Source of the DNA: Antedon mediterranea
Lineage: Eukaryota; Animalia; Echinodermata
Length of the DNA stretch: 64,000 nt
Assembly (NCBI RefSeq): GCF_964355755.1
Contig: NC_092674.1
Coordinates: forward strand, 11,408,001-11,472,000
Direction of reading: 5' to 3'
The position numbers were made by a program, and so were the translations under genes. Positions within the stretch are counted from its first letter, which is position 1; each line of letters starts with the position of its first letter. The notes under the pieces were generated by a model. The model was not told the DNA's origin. It ran no database searches and worked only from the letters and a program-made list of their open reading frames with translations. This document shows, in pieces, positions 12,217 through 24,600 of the stretch.

Positions 12217-14759
12217 AGGGGGATTCTGGGTTTAAAATTGCTTTTAAATATCGTTTATTTATTAAATAAAAAATATTATAACAATATAGACATTTCAGAA
12301 TGAAGAAGTAATAACGAGAAATTTAAAAAATTAAATTTCATATACATTTTAGGGTAAATTCATGGAAAGTCTGTTTTTTAGCAGCTTAGGGAAGCTCATT
12401 AATATTCATGAGATATTCACAAAATCACGTCACCAGTGGATTCCAAACTCGCGACGTCATGTACGTTGTGTTTGTCAACTAATTTACATCTCTCTCCCCT
12501 GTCAAACGACGACCACCATTGTGATCATTGTGAAATACATTTTTTTGTAGATTTTCTAAGCTAGGCCTAAAGTGTAATAATAACAGTAGTAGCATATATT
12601 TATTTGACATTTAATGAAATACAAAATTTAGTACAGATACGGAGTCATAAATTATACTATTTTTATACCTCTATAGTACAGATCGTATTATCGGCTTCAC
12701 GTACAATACTACTCTGAATACAGATCACTCCGGCCGCGCTTCACTCCGGCCGCGCTTCAAATCCGGCCGCGATTCATTCCGGCCGCGATTCATTCCGGCC
12801 GCAGCTATGGAGCGCCCAATGAGTCTTTTACAACCGAGACACGTTTTTTGTAGAGAATCAAAATAAACATTTGTAATAATACAGTATATTTTTTCTCTTT
12901 CAGGATCACAACAACATCGCAAGTGTTTTAAATTAGGTCTAATGCTAGAACAAAATAATTTATGTGTTTTATCCAATGTAATAGGCTAGTATATTAATTG
13001 TAATGTGATTAATTAATGTAATTTATTGCAATGTACCCTATATGTCATATTATTTTTATCATATATAAATTAAAATATAAAATCATTGTAAATTGGACTG
13101 TACAAAAATGATATATTAATTCTTGATACAATTCCAGGTAACATTAATTAGACGGATATTTGATTATTTGAAATAAATTAATTAATATTGTAAATATTGT
13201 TATTAACTATAATTAGTAAGTATGGGTACTGGCAAGATAAAGTGTTATAAAAATAAGGGTTTTAACTAATTTTTAATGTTAATAAATGTAAAGCTATAAA
13301 AATAAATGTACATAGAAAGAAATTAAATATTGTTATTCAAGCATTAATTAGACGGGTATTTGATTATTATTTTATTATTGAATTTAATTAAGTTAAGTTT
13401 AGTTTGAAAGAAAAAGCAGTTCCAACTTCTTTGAATGTTATTGTTAATGAAACAAGTAAAATTGTTGCTAATAAATATTCAACTAGTTCCATTTAAATTC
13501 ACCAAGAATTTGTTATAACACTGAACAGTATAGAAAACGTAGATATGGGCGCTCCATACTAACGGCCCCTTTGCACAGGAAGTCGAATTGAATAGCGGCC
13601 GGAGTGCATAACATCGCGCTAAACTGATACGGCGGCCGGAGTGAAGCGCGGCCGGAGTGATCGGCTACCTACTACTCTAGGCCTAGCCTAATAATAATAT
13701 GGGCGAGAGCCATTCTGACTAGGGATTCCATGCCACGATGGCTACGTTAAAACAATGGGGCCCATGGGCCTAGCTAGCCTACTACTAGACGATTGGCCCA
13801 TAAATAAATAACAAAACCCATCCTATCAACCAAACTCCTAAACAATCTAAACCTAAAACATTCTACAAAATCGGTTGTAAATATTGAAGCAAAACAAGGT
13901 CCGATCGCCGTCCACACGTATGGTGTCCCGATCGTCTAAGTAGGCCTAAAATAAATAGGTTTAGTTTACTCTCCAAAAAAGCGGATACTCATGCATCAAG
14001 CAAGTAGACCAGGTAGTAGGAAGGAGACCTAGCCGATCCGGCCCAGTTAAAAATTGAGCTAGCTAGTGTAGTAGACCCTATGTGAATTGATACTACCAGG
14101 CCTTTTACTATAGGCTGCACTACACAAATATTCCAACTCTCTCATTCGAGCTATATTATCTATACCATTCCGGTAGGTCGAGTCGACCTTCAATCAAATA
14201 CTGTACATCGTTCATGTTGTGATTATAGACGGGGTATACTCGACCCGACCAGTTTGGTATTGTTGTATCTGCTTATCACGTGACGATGCCAGGCATGGGC
14301 AGCAGAGAGAGCACGTGTATCGTCGTCTCGCTCGATCCTCAGCAGGAATGTACAGTATACGTTACGCTTCATTGATTTTGATTTTTCCCTAAGTCGGTGC
14401 GAAAATCGGCAAACGTAAAGTGCAAACATATCTAATTTTTCACTGTTTTGATGAATTTTCATAAAAAATTGACTTTATAAATGGGAAGACTTACTAAAAT
14501 TACATCAGGTAAGTATAATTTTACAAAAGTAATTGATATGGTTTATGATAACGAGTCGTCGGAAGATGGACCATTTCACGAATTTCCTATTTTGTAACCA
14601 CAGTGTGATTTTGCCGTAGCTGCACTTGTAATCTGGCCTGATTTCACAGCCTTCGTTCTGCTTTACTGGACGCTTATATAAATTGAAACTTTTACCGTTC
14701 AAGAGACAAACAAATATATTTTACATTTTTTACTATTCATTTTAAACCCGGAACCCCCT
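12217..14759. mobile_element. Kolobok/T2-type non-autonomous DNA transposon
   Basis: TTAA|AGGGGGATTCTGGGTTTAAAAT...ATTTTAAACCCGGAACCCCCT|TTAA. Confidence 0.8.
12716..13669. mobile_element. Mutator (MULE)-like MITE with 9-bp TSD
   Basis: Perfect tactactct duplication (12707-12715, 13670-13678). TIRs gatcactccggccgcgcttcactccggccgc / gcggccggagtgaagcgcggccggagtgatc contain 17-18-bp repeats. Confidence 0.85.
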
Positions 14760-17054
14760 TTAAAACAAAATTACTTTTCTTAGTTACACATAGAAATGGT
14801 TGCTAAGGTAACACTAAAGGTAAAAAATGAAAATTGTTGATAATTTTTATGAACTATCTTGTAAATTTTGATTAAACATTAATAGTTGTAGTAAAGTGGG
14901 GACCTGTCCTGTTTTGCATTCTGACCACTTTTGACCTCAAATGACCTATTTACAAGGTCAGATTTTGTTTCGAGGTCTTTCTATATCTCTTTACACAAAA
15001 TAGATGTAAAAATTTATAAAAACCATCGACGCAATTATTTTCCATCAACTAAATATTTCAATGCAAAATAATGTTTTTCTGGCAATTAATTGAAATAAAC
15101 CTGGCAACACATTCTCCTATTTAATTTTTTTTACTATTCGTATGACTCTAGTAACATTATGACAAGCCACATATACATTTTATTATTGGATTAGCCATAT
15201 TTAAATTGTGTTTCATGTGTTTTGTTTGTTGATATTTTGTTTGTATTTTTTTGTATTTTTTGTATTTTCCTGGCAACACAAAACCTATGTACGAAATTTA
15301 CCCCAGTGTTTTTTTTGTGGTTGTTGTTGACAAACCTATTGAATATCAAATTACAAAACCTCATTAATATAAAAACACCACTTTGGAAGTTATAGGTACG
15401 TTTATGGGGTGTACTTTTATAAAAAAAATATTTTTTAAAAACACCCCTTTTTAAAATAGTGGTATCAACCAAACTCCATTTTTGTAATTTTTTTTTTTTC
15501 TACATTAAATGGAACTCAATACATGCTGTTTACACTGCTATAAACAAAAACTGTATACTGTAAGTATTTTTGGTTAAAATAAGTATTCAAGTTTGTACTT
15601 TTTCACTATAGAAAATCTTTGAAAAATGGCAAAAACATCAAAATTTGGATAATTGACCGTTGTCATGGCAACGGAAGCTAAAAATTAAAATGAATGTTGT
15701 AGATATGCTTTTTTTTAAATGTCTATTCATGGTAAAAATTTGAGAGAATCCATATTTTTACATCTGCCACCAAATCTTTGATTTTTACAGACAATGGCTC
15801 TTACAGTAAATGTGTAAACAGGTGAAAATGCAAATTACAGGTAGGCCTATGCGTTATAAAGCGAGGAAGAGAAAATCATACGTTGCTGATTTTGTTTATT
15901 AAGCCTCTGAGCCACATTTTCAACCATGGAGCAAAAGACTCACTATTTTCATTACATTTCGTTAACCTTCTGATTATTGCAGTTAGGCTTAAATTGCCTT
16001 TTTAAGATATTAAAATAATAGTATTACGATTATAGGTAACAAAAACACCAACTCAAAAGCGAAATGGCTTCTTGAAGAATAATGTAATATAATAACTAGA
16101 TAGGCCTATCGCATTTTGATAATATTTTCATTTTTCGTTAAAACATATCCACATGTTCTAATTGCTTATAGCAAATAGCGTCAGAAAGATTAAAAAAGGG
16201 CGTGACTACACAAAGCTTACTAGTTGATGTGAAACGTTCAAATACATTATTGGTATCTTAAGTGCCAATATCGTCAGAATAAGATACGAGGAAATAAACA
16301 TTATGAGGATGGTAAGCTTATGCTTTGGAAAACTCTACTGTACTATACTCTAGATAAGCATTTGACTATAAAGATTTGCAAACGCAGTGCCGACGTAGAT
16401 ATAAGATTATCCACATTATGGTGTGACTAATGTAATAATCGCTGATTTTAACTGCAGATTTACGGAAATGGGTCAAACTCATTAAGATATATGCCACACT
16501 CAATTGTACATAGATTCTGGTATTATTGAAAGTAAAGTTGACGTTATAAGTAGGCCTGGAAGTCGTTGGCACCATGTTGGAAGTAAAACTGAAATGATGT
16601 AGTGTGTGCCTTGAAGGTTTACCGATTCTCTCTCAAATCACGTCAGATAGCAATCGCATTACTGGTACCTGAATTCCAATTAAACATCAGTCATTATTAC
16701 ACGATGATTTACGTTTTAATCTTACTATTTGTTGTGATTGGTTTAACCAGATCATTAGCATAGTATATGCCAAAGTCCTGACACTGATTTGTTGAAGAAC
16801 TTTACATGTTTTAGTAAAAGCCACAGAAGGTAATTGTATACTATAGTTTAATTTCTGGACTTAAATACAATTTTCTTTCAATCTTTCTGGCAAAATGCTA
16901 CTAGTGGAAAAACACTCAATAATACTTTCTCCGATTTATGTGGTGTTTGCAACATTGGATCAAAAGTAACATTTGGGTTAATAGGGTAACCCGTTAAAAA
17001 ATTAATAAAAGACTACTCCTTCCACAAATTAGATCCAGTATTTAGTTCGAAATC

Positions 17055-17550
17055 TTAGTAAACCAATAAATAAATTGGCACTTATGGCGTTTCATACGTA
17101 TAATACTTGAGCTCACAATTTTTGCATTTTTCAGACAAACATCAAACGACGACTGGTGGACTAACATGAAAAAAAAAAAAAATACAGACTTGGGACAAGA
17201 GTCTAGATACAGTATAGTACAGTTTTGTCATTCGATCGTATGTATTACAGTATTGTGATACAGAGTTTAATTAAAGGGTCTTCTTAAATGTGATCTGTAA
17301 GACTGCGCCCCTCTCCATCCCATTTATGATATCTCTCAATTTTGCCACTGCCACAATTTGAGAAATAACTAGGTTCATGTTCTATTGAACACGTCTCTGT
17401 GTATAACCTTTTCTAGACTTGCCCCAAGTCTGTATTTATTGTCTTTTTTTTAATTTATTTGTTTTTATTTCGACCGCGATTTTTGTCTGAAAGTATCAAG
17501 TAATACACGTATGAAACGCCATATGTGCAAAAATATTTATATTTTTACAA
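17055..17550. mobile_element. Degenerate foldback MITE
   Basis: Inverted pairs tatggcgtttcatacgt (17085) / acgtatgaaacgccata (~17507) and aaatacagacttgggacaagagtctaga / tctagacttgccccaagtctgtattt. Confidence 0.6.
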
Positions 17551-18677
17551 AACTCCGTCTGGAGCCCAGACTAAACCTTTTCAGTCGTGGCTGATGATGT
17601 AGCATTTTGTAAACCAAATAAATAAAAACAGAAACATATTTGATTTAATAAAATTTAATTTCAATTTTCAAAAGATTAAAAAACACATTTATTATCTAAA
17701 ATTTCCACTATTTTAGTTACCAAAACTGACATTAACATGTTTCTAACTGATAATCCTAAAACATTATTCTGTTTCTATAATCTTTGGTGGACAACTTTTC
17801 ACTACATTTTAACATTGTTAGAATACATTATATAATTTGTCCAGTATCATAGGGAAATATAGTGTCATATATCATATGTGACACCACCTGTATCACAGTC
17901 CATAAGCTTATTGATACAAGTGTCGCATGCAATACATATGTTACACTGTATTTCAGAATTAGCATATCATATGATACTGGACAGATAATCTCATGTGGAG
18001 ATGCAGTACAGAAAATTAGTGAATTAAAGGACATAATATTACTCACAGTTTATAAAAACACCATTAAAAAGAAGACTTTTTTACATGATTAAAATTTAAA
18101 ATACTGATTTTAAAATGTTAAAAAAAGTTGAAAATAGAATACAGAGAGCATCAGATTTTTGACAACAGTGTTTTCATAAGTAAGTCAATCAAATGGATTT
18201 TGAATGAATGCCTCAAGGCTCCATATTAAATTGGTAGCTCTTAAAATGATAAAGTGAAGTGCTGAACCTAGCTCTTGTATCGCAATGTTTTAATTTAGAG
18301 GAACCCGTGCCGGCTGACTGACCCCTGTATATATGATATAATACTATCTGTTCAAAAACTGTGCCAACAAGCAAAATGAGTATAGCCTAGACAAGCCTTA
18401 ACCTACTGTAAATTCTAGTTTAATACCTGTTCCTAATAGAGGTTTCAAATAGTTAACGGACGGTATAGGAAATAGCACAATGGTGAGGTTCGTTGGGTTG
18501 GTTGCTGGGGGTGAGGTTAGGTTCGATGAAGGCCTTAAAAACAGCCTTAGGCTGGGTACATAATATACTAATACAGTACAAAGAAATCATAATGTGCACT
18601 TTCATAATATGCAAAGCAGCACAACTATATTACACAGCTATTGCTGTATGTAATCATTTAATAATCTTTTAGACATT

Positions 18678-21600
18678 TCATATTGTACCAGATTCCTGTG
18701 AACTATAATCACTTGTGTCATCCATCATTTCCATGTTGACAATAGCAACCACCTGTCTCATTAAACATGTCTCATTAAAATGGGTCAATGCTTGCTCAAA
18801 TTCTCTTTCTAAAGTAGATAAAAAAAAGTACAAATTTCAATACACATTTTGTATTATTTTATTTTATTTTCAATCTTTCTACATAAAAAAAAACACATAA
18901 GTATAACAGGGGAGTAGTGGAAAAGCAAAAGTAATAAAACTGTCATCTTGTGATGTGCTTAACCAGCCCCTGTCAACTAGGACGATACAATAAAACCGAG
19001 ATTTAATCAATTTAGAAAAATAGATAGAAAAATATGCTATAATAAAAAATTTATTTGAATGAGACTTCTAGATTTAAACAAAAGTACACAAATTTAATTT
19101 AACCCGATTTACAAGTGAACAACATTTTGTAATTTCAATACACATTTTGTTTTAAAGGGGACTTCTAGATAAAAATAAGTACACATTTAAAAGTGCATTT
19201 CGAATTTTCAATCACATACATAAATTTTGTACAGAATTCGAAATGCATTATACAATGCACTATGCCATATATACATTTTCCAAAATGTTTTATCCGACCA
19301 CACTTTACACATGAATCTGGGTTCAGTGTGAATGTTAACCATGAAGAAGAGTACTGCATTGAAAACACCAGTTGAAAAAACTTTGTACCTAATGTAGCAC
19401 TTAAAAAACAATGGTCTGAACATTTCCCACATGGTCTGAATAACTTACCATACAATTCTGACATAGGCAAGATTTGTAGTATGCTTTGGTGTCTTTCATT
19501 TGATGATAACATGGAGCTATACAGTGTTTCAAGATACTAAGAAAAAAAAAGTATTTAAATTAATATCTCATCTTCCACGGACATTTTAAATCTTACTCAG
19601 GTTTGTCATATGTGTTTAAATGACTTCTATCTACATTGAACTAGGGTTGTAGTGTAGGAAAAAAAAAAAACTTGGAGAAATGAAATCTGGAGACTTAAAA
19701 CATGGCCAAAACCCATAGAGGTTTAAAAAAAAAGGAATGAATGAAATTTGCACATCTAATCTAACAATATGCTGATGTGCCTAAGTGCAGTGGCAAAGCA
19801 ATCGGTGCCTTGCAGTAGAACATGAACAGTAAATTTATTCATTATTGAAATGTTTTTTTGTATATTCAAAACAATTGGGAGAAATTGAACCTTTAGCAGG
19901 AGTTAGCAGATCACTCAAGGTCTGCAAAGTTGTATAGAATCTATATACTACTTGCAGTGAACTTGAAACCCAGCATGTAATACAAGTCTGGTGTGGTAAG
20001 AGATGGTCAGCATTATTTTTTAATAAAGATAAATAAACCATAAAATAAATTAAATTATACACACCGATATCATGCGTCCTTGGCAACCTCTGTAGCATTT
20101 ACAAATTATCAAACAGGATGAACTGATAGTGGAATTGGCTTGAAGATTGCATACATAAACCTACACATTAAATTTAATAAAGATATTAAAATGTTCACTA
20201 CATTAATTCATTATAAAGATATCATCGATAAAAATGAAAACATTTAAAAAACAAGCAACAATTGAATATGATTAAAAACTCAGAAGCTGAGCCAAATACT
20301 TTTCAACATGCAGAGAGACGGAGGGTGAACTATTAAATATTTCAGCCCATATTAAAGATAAATGATGACGATGAGGAAATCTGTGAGAATGAGAAACAGT
20401 TTCCCAACCGAGATTCGAACACAGAATCTTCCCGACCATTCAACCACTGGAGCTTTCACAGTATTGTTCAAATTTCTGGCATGGTCTGTTGTAAAGTGTG
20501 GACATTGCAAAACAAGCAAATTACATAAGTACATAAACACAGAGGTTTGGTGTTGTTTAGAGACCAATACAACATAGAAATAAGTGAACAAAATACTTAC
20601 AGTGTCAAATATCTTATATAAAATATACAGAAATCCTGCATTGAATCTTGTAAGAAGATTGTTCACTTGTAGAATAATACAGCCACCATTGGAAACATAC
20701 TGTGGATGAATCAATATTGCAGCGACATTAATAGTTTTTTTGTTTTGATGCGATTATTATCAAGACATTTATTTATTTCCTTCAAATATGGCCCTAGGCC
20801 AAAATAAAATATTTTAAACAAGTTAATGAGAAAGATGATCCTTTCTACAATTGAATGCAGAATAAGGAAACTGAAAATGATGTCAATATTTTTAGTATAT
20901 AACAGTTAGTGAATTAACGCTGATATTTGAACATTTTATAACTTTAATATATTAAATAAATATGTTAAGGGTATAACATGTTCAAATATCAGCGTAACAA
21001 GCATTATTAATGTAAAGTTTAGTTTAAGTGCAAGTTTAAATTATCCTATCATACTAGGTAAAAAAAGACTCATAAAACATTCCAATACAGTTTCGTCAAA
21101 CCACTCAACTTGACTTCTTAGTTGTTTTATCAATCTATTTTGCCTAGTATATACACTGAAACCATATGAAATTCTTTTATTTTTCATTATCCTATCATAT
21201 TTTCATAAAATAAAAATCACTAAAAAACATACTAAATTATACCTTAAGTGCTGTCAAAATACTGGAAACTAACTCCATCTTAGTTCCTTTGTCATAGCCT
21301 TCTGTCTGATGGCCAACAAGACTAAAGACTCCATGAACCCTGTATGTTAAACAAAAGTATTATTATATGGCCAACTAAAAATGGCTTAATTCTCTAATTT
21401 TTTATGTGTAAGCGGAGGTCCATGAGTTGTTTAGAGAGCGCTACCCCTCGATATGCAGTAATGTTTAATAAAATTTTGATTGCGTTACGAAGAATAATAG
21501 GTTTGTGATATGAAATGGCAGGCATTTTTTACGCCATCGTGGATTTGAGGAAGACCGCAGTAAATTTGCAACGGTACACCTCTTAATTATTTTTCCTAAG

Positions 21601-24600
21601 GGTCTACATAGGCTAACAAAAAAACTTGTGTGTGCTTAGTGTGTAGAGAGGTGGCAATGGGACACCTTAACGAAGATCTTTTTGGCACTTTGGGCCTCCG
21701 ATCAGACAAACCATTATTAACTAAATACTAATAGTATTAATGCTCCAAATGTCTAAAAGTGCTTTTCTATATAAAGCTGCATTTTAGATGTTACCTTTTT
21801 TGGACAGCCAGTATTGAGAGTTGTGTATCTATAGATAATGTGCAATGTGTAGATAGGTTGTCAAAAACGTCGTTTTAGAGAGAATAGCATTTTTTGTAGT
21901 AATTATTGCTTCATATCTCTGCAAAACCTGAATGCTTACTTATTATATGTCTGTTGTAGCTGGTTGGTGATACTGCAATCAAGGCCTGTCTTTTCTTCTT
22001 TTGCCAGCTCTGTTATTGCACATCTAGAAATCTAAATATGTAAAATGATGTTGGTAAAGTGTTCCATGAATCTAACACCACTATTCAAAGGACATCCCTA
22101 TTCAGAGGACACTCTTGTGAAACAAGGCGTAGTAATGTATGTATAACACTAAAAAGAGATTTTTGTTTAAAAAAGTTTATTTTAAATTTAATTTTTTTAA
22201 AGGTGGGGGTGTAGAAATGATCTGTATGGTCAACAAATATTTGTGGCTAAAATACAATGCCTTATTATTACCATGACACAACCATGTTCTTCTAATATCT
22301 TTAACACAGGATTTGGTTCTTCAGAACTAGATGAGCAGTTACAGATAATTGTCTGTGAATCTTGTGAAATCTATAGTTAAAAAAAGAATATTGGGTCAAT
22401 TGGTGTGCATAATGTTACTGGTATTGGTCCTGGGAGAACAATCATAAATCATACTGATAAAGTGAGTCAAATGGCCGAACGGTTGTTATCCATCAGACAA
22501 TAGGCCAAGACAAAGGAACTAGGATGGAGTTAGTTTCCAGTATTTTAACAACACTAAAGAGCCAACTATATCGACATAGGTTTGAGGCTGACTCGCTTCT
22601 AGTTCTGGTGGTGGAGTCTTCTTCTCAGATAAGGACTATAAACCATAGGTCCAGTGTACACAGTTTATCTGTGTGCACTTTGAAGAACCATATTACATTT
22701 CGAGTAGGGGGGTTACTCCGGTGACCTGGTTCACAAAATAACCCCTGGGGGATTATCACCTGATGATTGAACAGTGATTAATTTACCATTGGCCTAAAGA
22801 CATAAATGATAAATAATCAAAATAATAAATGAAGTCACACAGTGTAGAGAATTAAATAATAGTCCAACAGCACTTTTGCAGACATTAGGTAAAAAGAACT
22901 TTTAAAGTGAGTGAAGTGTGCCGTGAGTGAGAAATTATTTTTGTCACGTGAAGGGAAAGTATAAAATCACTTTGTAAAGATATCATACTATTGTAAAACT
23001 GTACGTACCCCAGAAAGAGACTTTAAAGCAGATTCAATGTAGGATACAATATCAGGTGTCACTTTACATTCTTCGCTCAATGTTTCTGTTAACTGTGAAA
23101 TACAGATAATATTTCATAACATTCATGGTAATAATACATTGTAATATTATTATCTTTAGCAATGACTTTATTGTTAAATGGGTATGAAATTATAAAGTGC
23201 AAAAACTAAAAAGTTCTGTAAAAAACAATGAAAAATTAAGATATTTTGTCATTTTTGTATACTTAATTGTTACTGTTTCATTTTTATCAACTTTTTAGTG
23301 GAGGTTTTCATCTCTGTCGATTGATTTAAAATAAATAATAAAAAAAAAAAAAAGAAAAAGGAGAAAATGAAAGTCAATGTTGTCACACAAACCTATGTGG
23401 GGATTTGTTGCTAACCAGTGTTCAAACCAATAAATTCTGACAGTCGAGTTTCTGTATTTTCAATATAGTAAAAGCTATAGAAACTGGCAAGAATAAATGA
23501 AAATCAAAGACTAAACTGACAAAAATAAATGGGTCTTAAGCCATTCTTTAAAAATTCAAGAACTTTAATCACAAATAAAAAATGTAAGCGAGTTCCACTA
23601 CATCTTCGCAGCAACTATAAATTATAGTGCCAATTTTTCTGGAGACTTAGTACATTTTTATAAACCCACTTCAAAATAATAATTTGAGAGATTCTGAACT
23701 GGATTGCCGAGACCTGACTTGGCAAATCATTATTCTATTTTTCAAACGTTACCTTTGAATTGGCATGTGCATCTATCCAGTGGCTTATGACATGACTGGA
23801 ACAGAATGGAGAGTTAAGCAATTTCTGTATCTCTTTACCACACGTTTCCTTCCAGTTACAGACATTATTCTCGCATAACTCTCTTGTGTTCTAAAAAAAA
23901 TTCATCAATATTCTATTTGTTGATAACATTCAAAGATATATTTGTTTTAGAATATTTCTTGGTGCAAAGTTTGATAATAGACAGAGCTTTAAGCTCTGTC
24001 TACTATCAAACTACAGTACCATATTTGGGCAAATCACACTTTTTTTGTCAAACTAGTTTGATAGTGTAGAAAAAGTTTTAGACAAGTCTTAGGACCCTAG
24101 GATCAATAGCCAGGCATCTTTACCACCAAGGTACAACTTCACGCCCATATACTTTCATAATTACTGTACTGATCTTCACACTATTTTTGTTCAAATATCA
24201 CTTTAAAAAAGTCTTGTTTCACCTGAAGTTCCAAAACTGTTGGTTCATCAACAAGCTGCATTTCTAATTGGGATATTTCTTGTTTCAATCCCAACATCTT
24301 TTGGTGCCATGACAACTGCTGCTTTTGCATTCTCTCATTAAACGTTCCCTGAAGTCGTTGTTGCAGTGTTTTGCTATACATACACGATTTGACATTTGAA
24401 CTCTATGAATTAAAATTGAATTTCATAAACATTTTTATGGTTAACTTGCAGGATGTTACAGGACAATGCATGTAAAATGGCACATATTTCCCTAGATCAT
24501 GACATAATTGATGGTAATTTGCACATACTCTCTAGATGCAGACCTGGTGTATGCAATGATACTCTCATTTGTATTCAAACAACATAAAACAATCATAATA

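Larger units (their letters stand above)
9299..15800. mobile_element. Large non-autonomous TIR DNA transposon (TTAA-like target, possibly Kolobok) hosting nested insertions
   Basis: GAGCCATTGTCTGTAAGAATCAAAGA ... TCTTTGATTTTTACAGACAATGGCTC, flanked by ttaa/ttac. Subterminal inverted similarity includes ccatggcaacgg motifs. Internal degenerate repeats (cttagttacgcatagaaacag...) occur at ~10707, 11530, 11715, 11840, 12035 and 14778. Confidence 0.7.

Noticed and set aside
19835-19940. Additional CMTR2 exon candidate
   Set aside because: Its phase is incompatible with the flanking exons (in-frame stop); the model joins cleanly without it.
22524-22724. Plus-strand ORF beginning MELVSSILT, similar to CMTR2
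   Set aside because: It derives from the inverted exon copy running into SINE sequence; not an independent gene.
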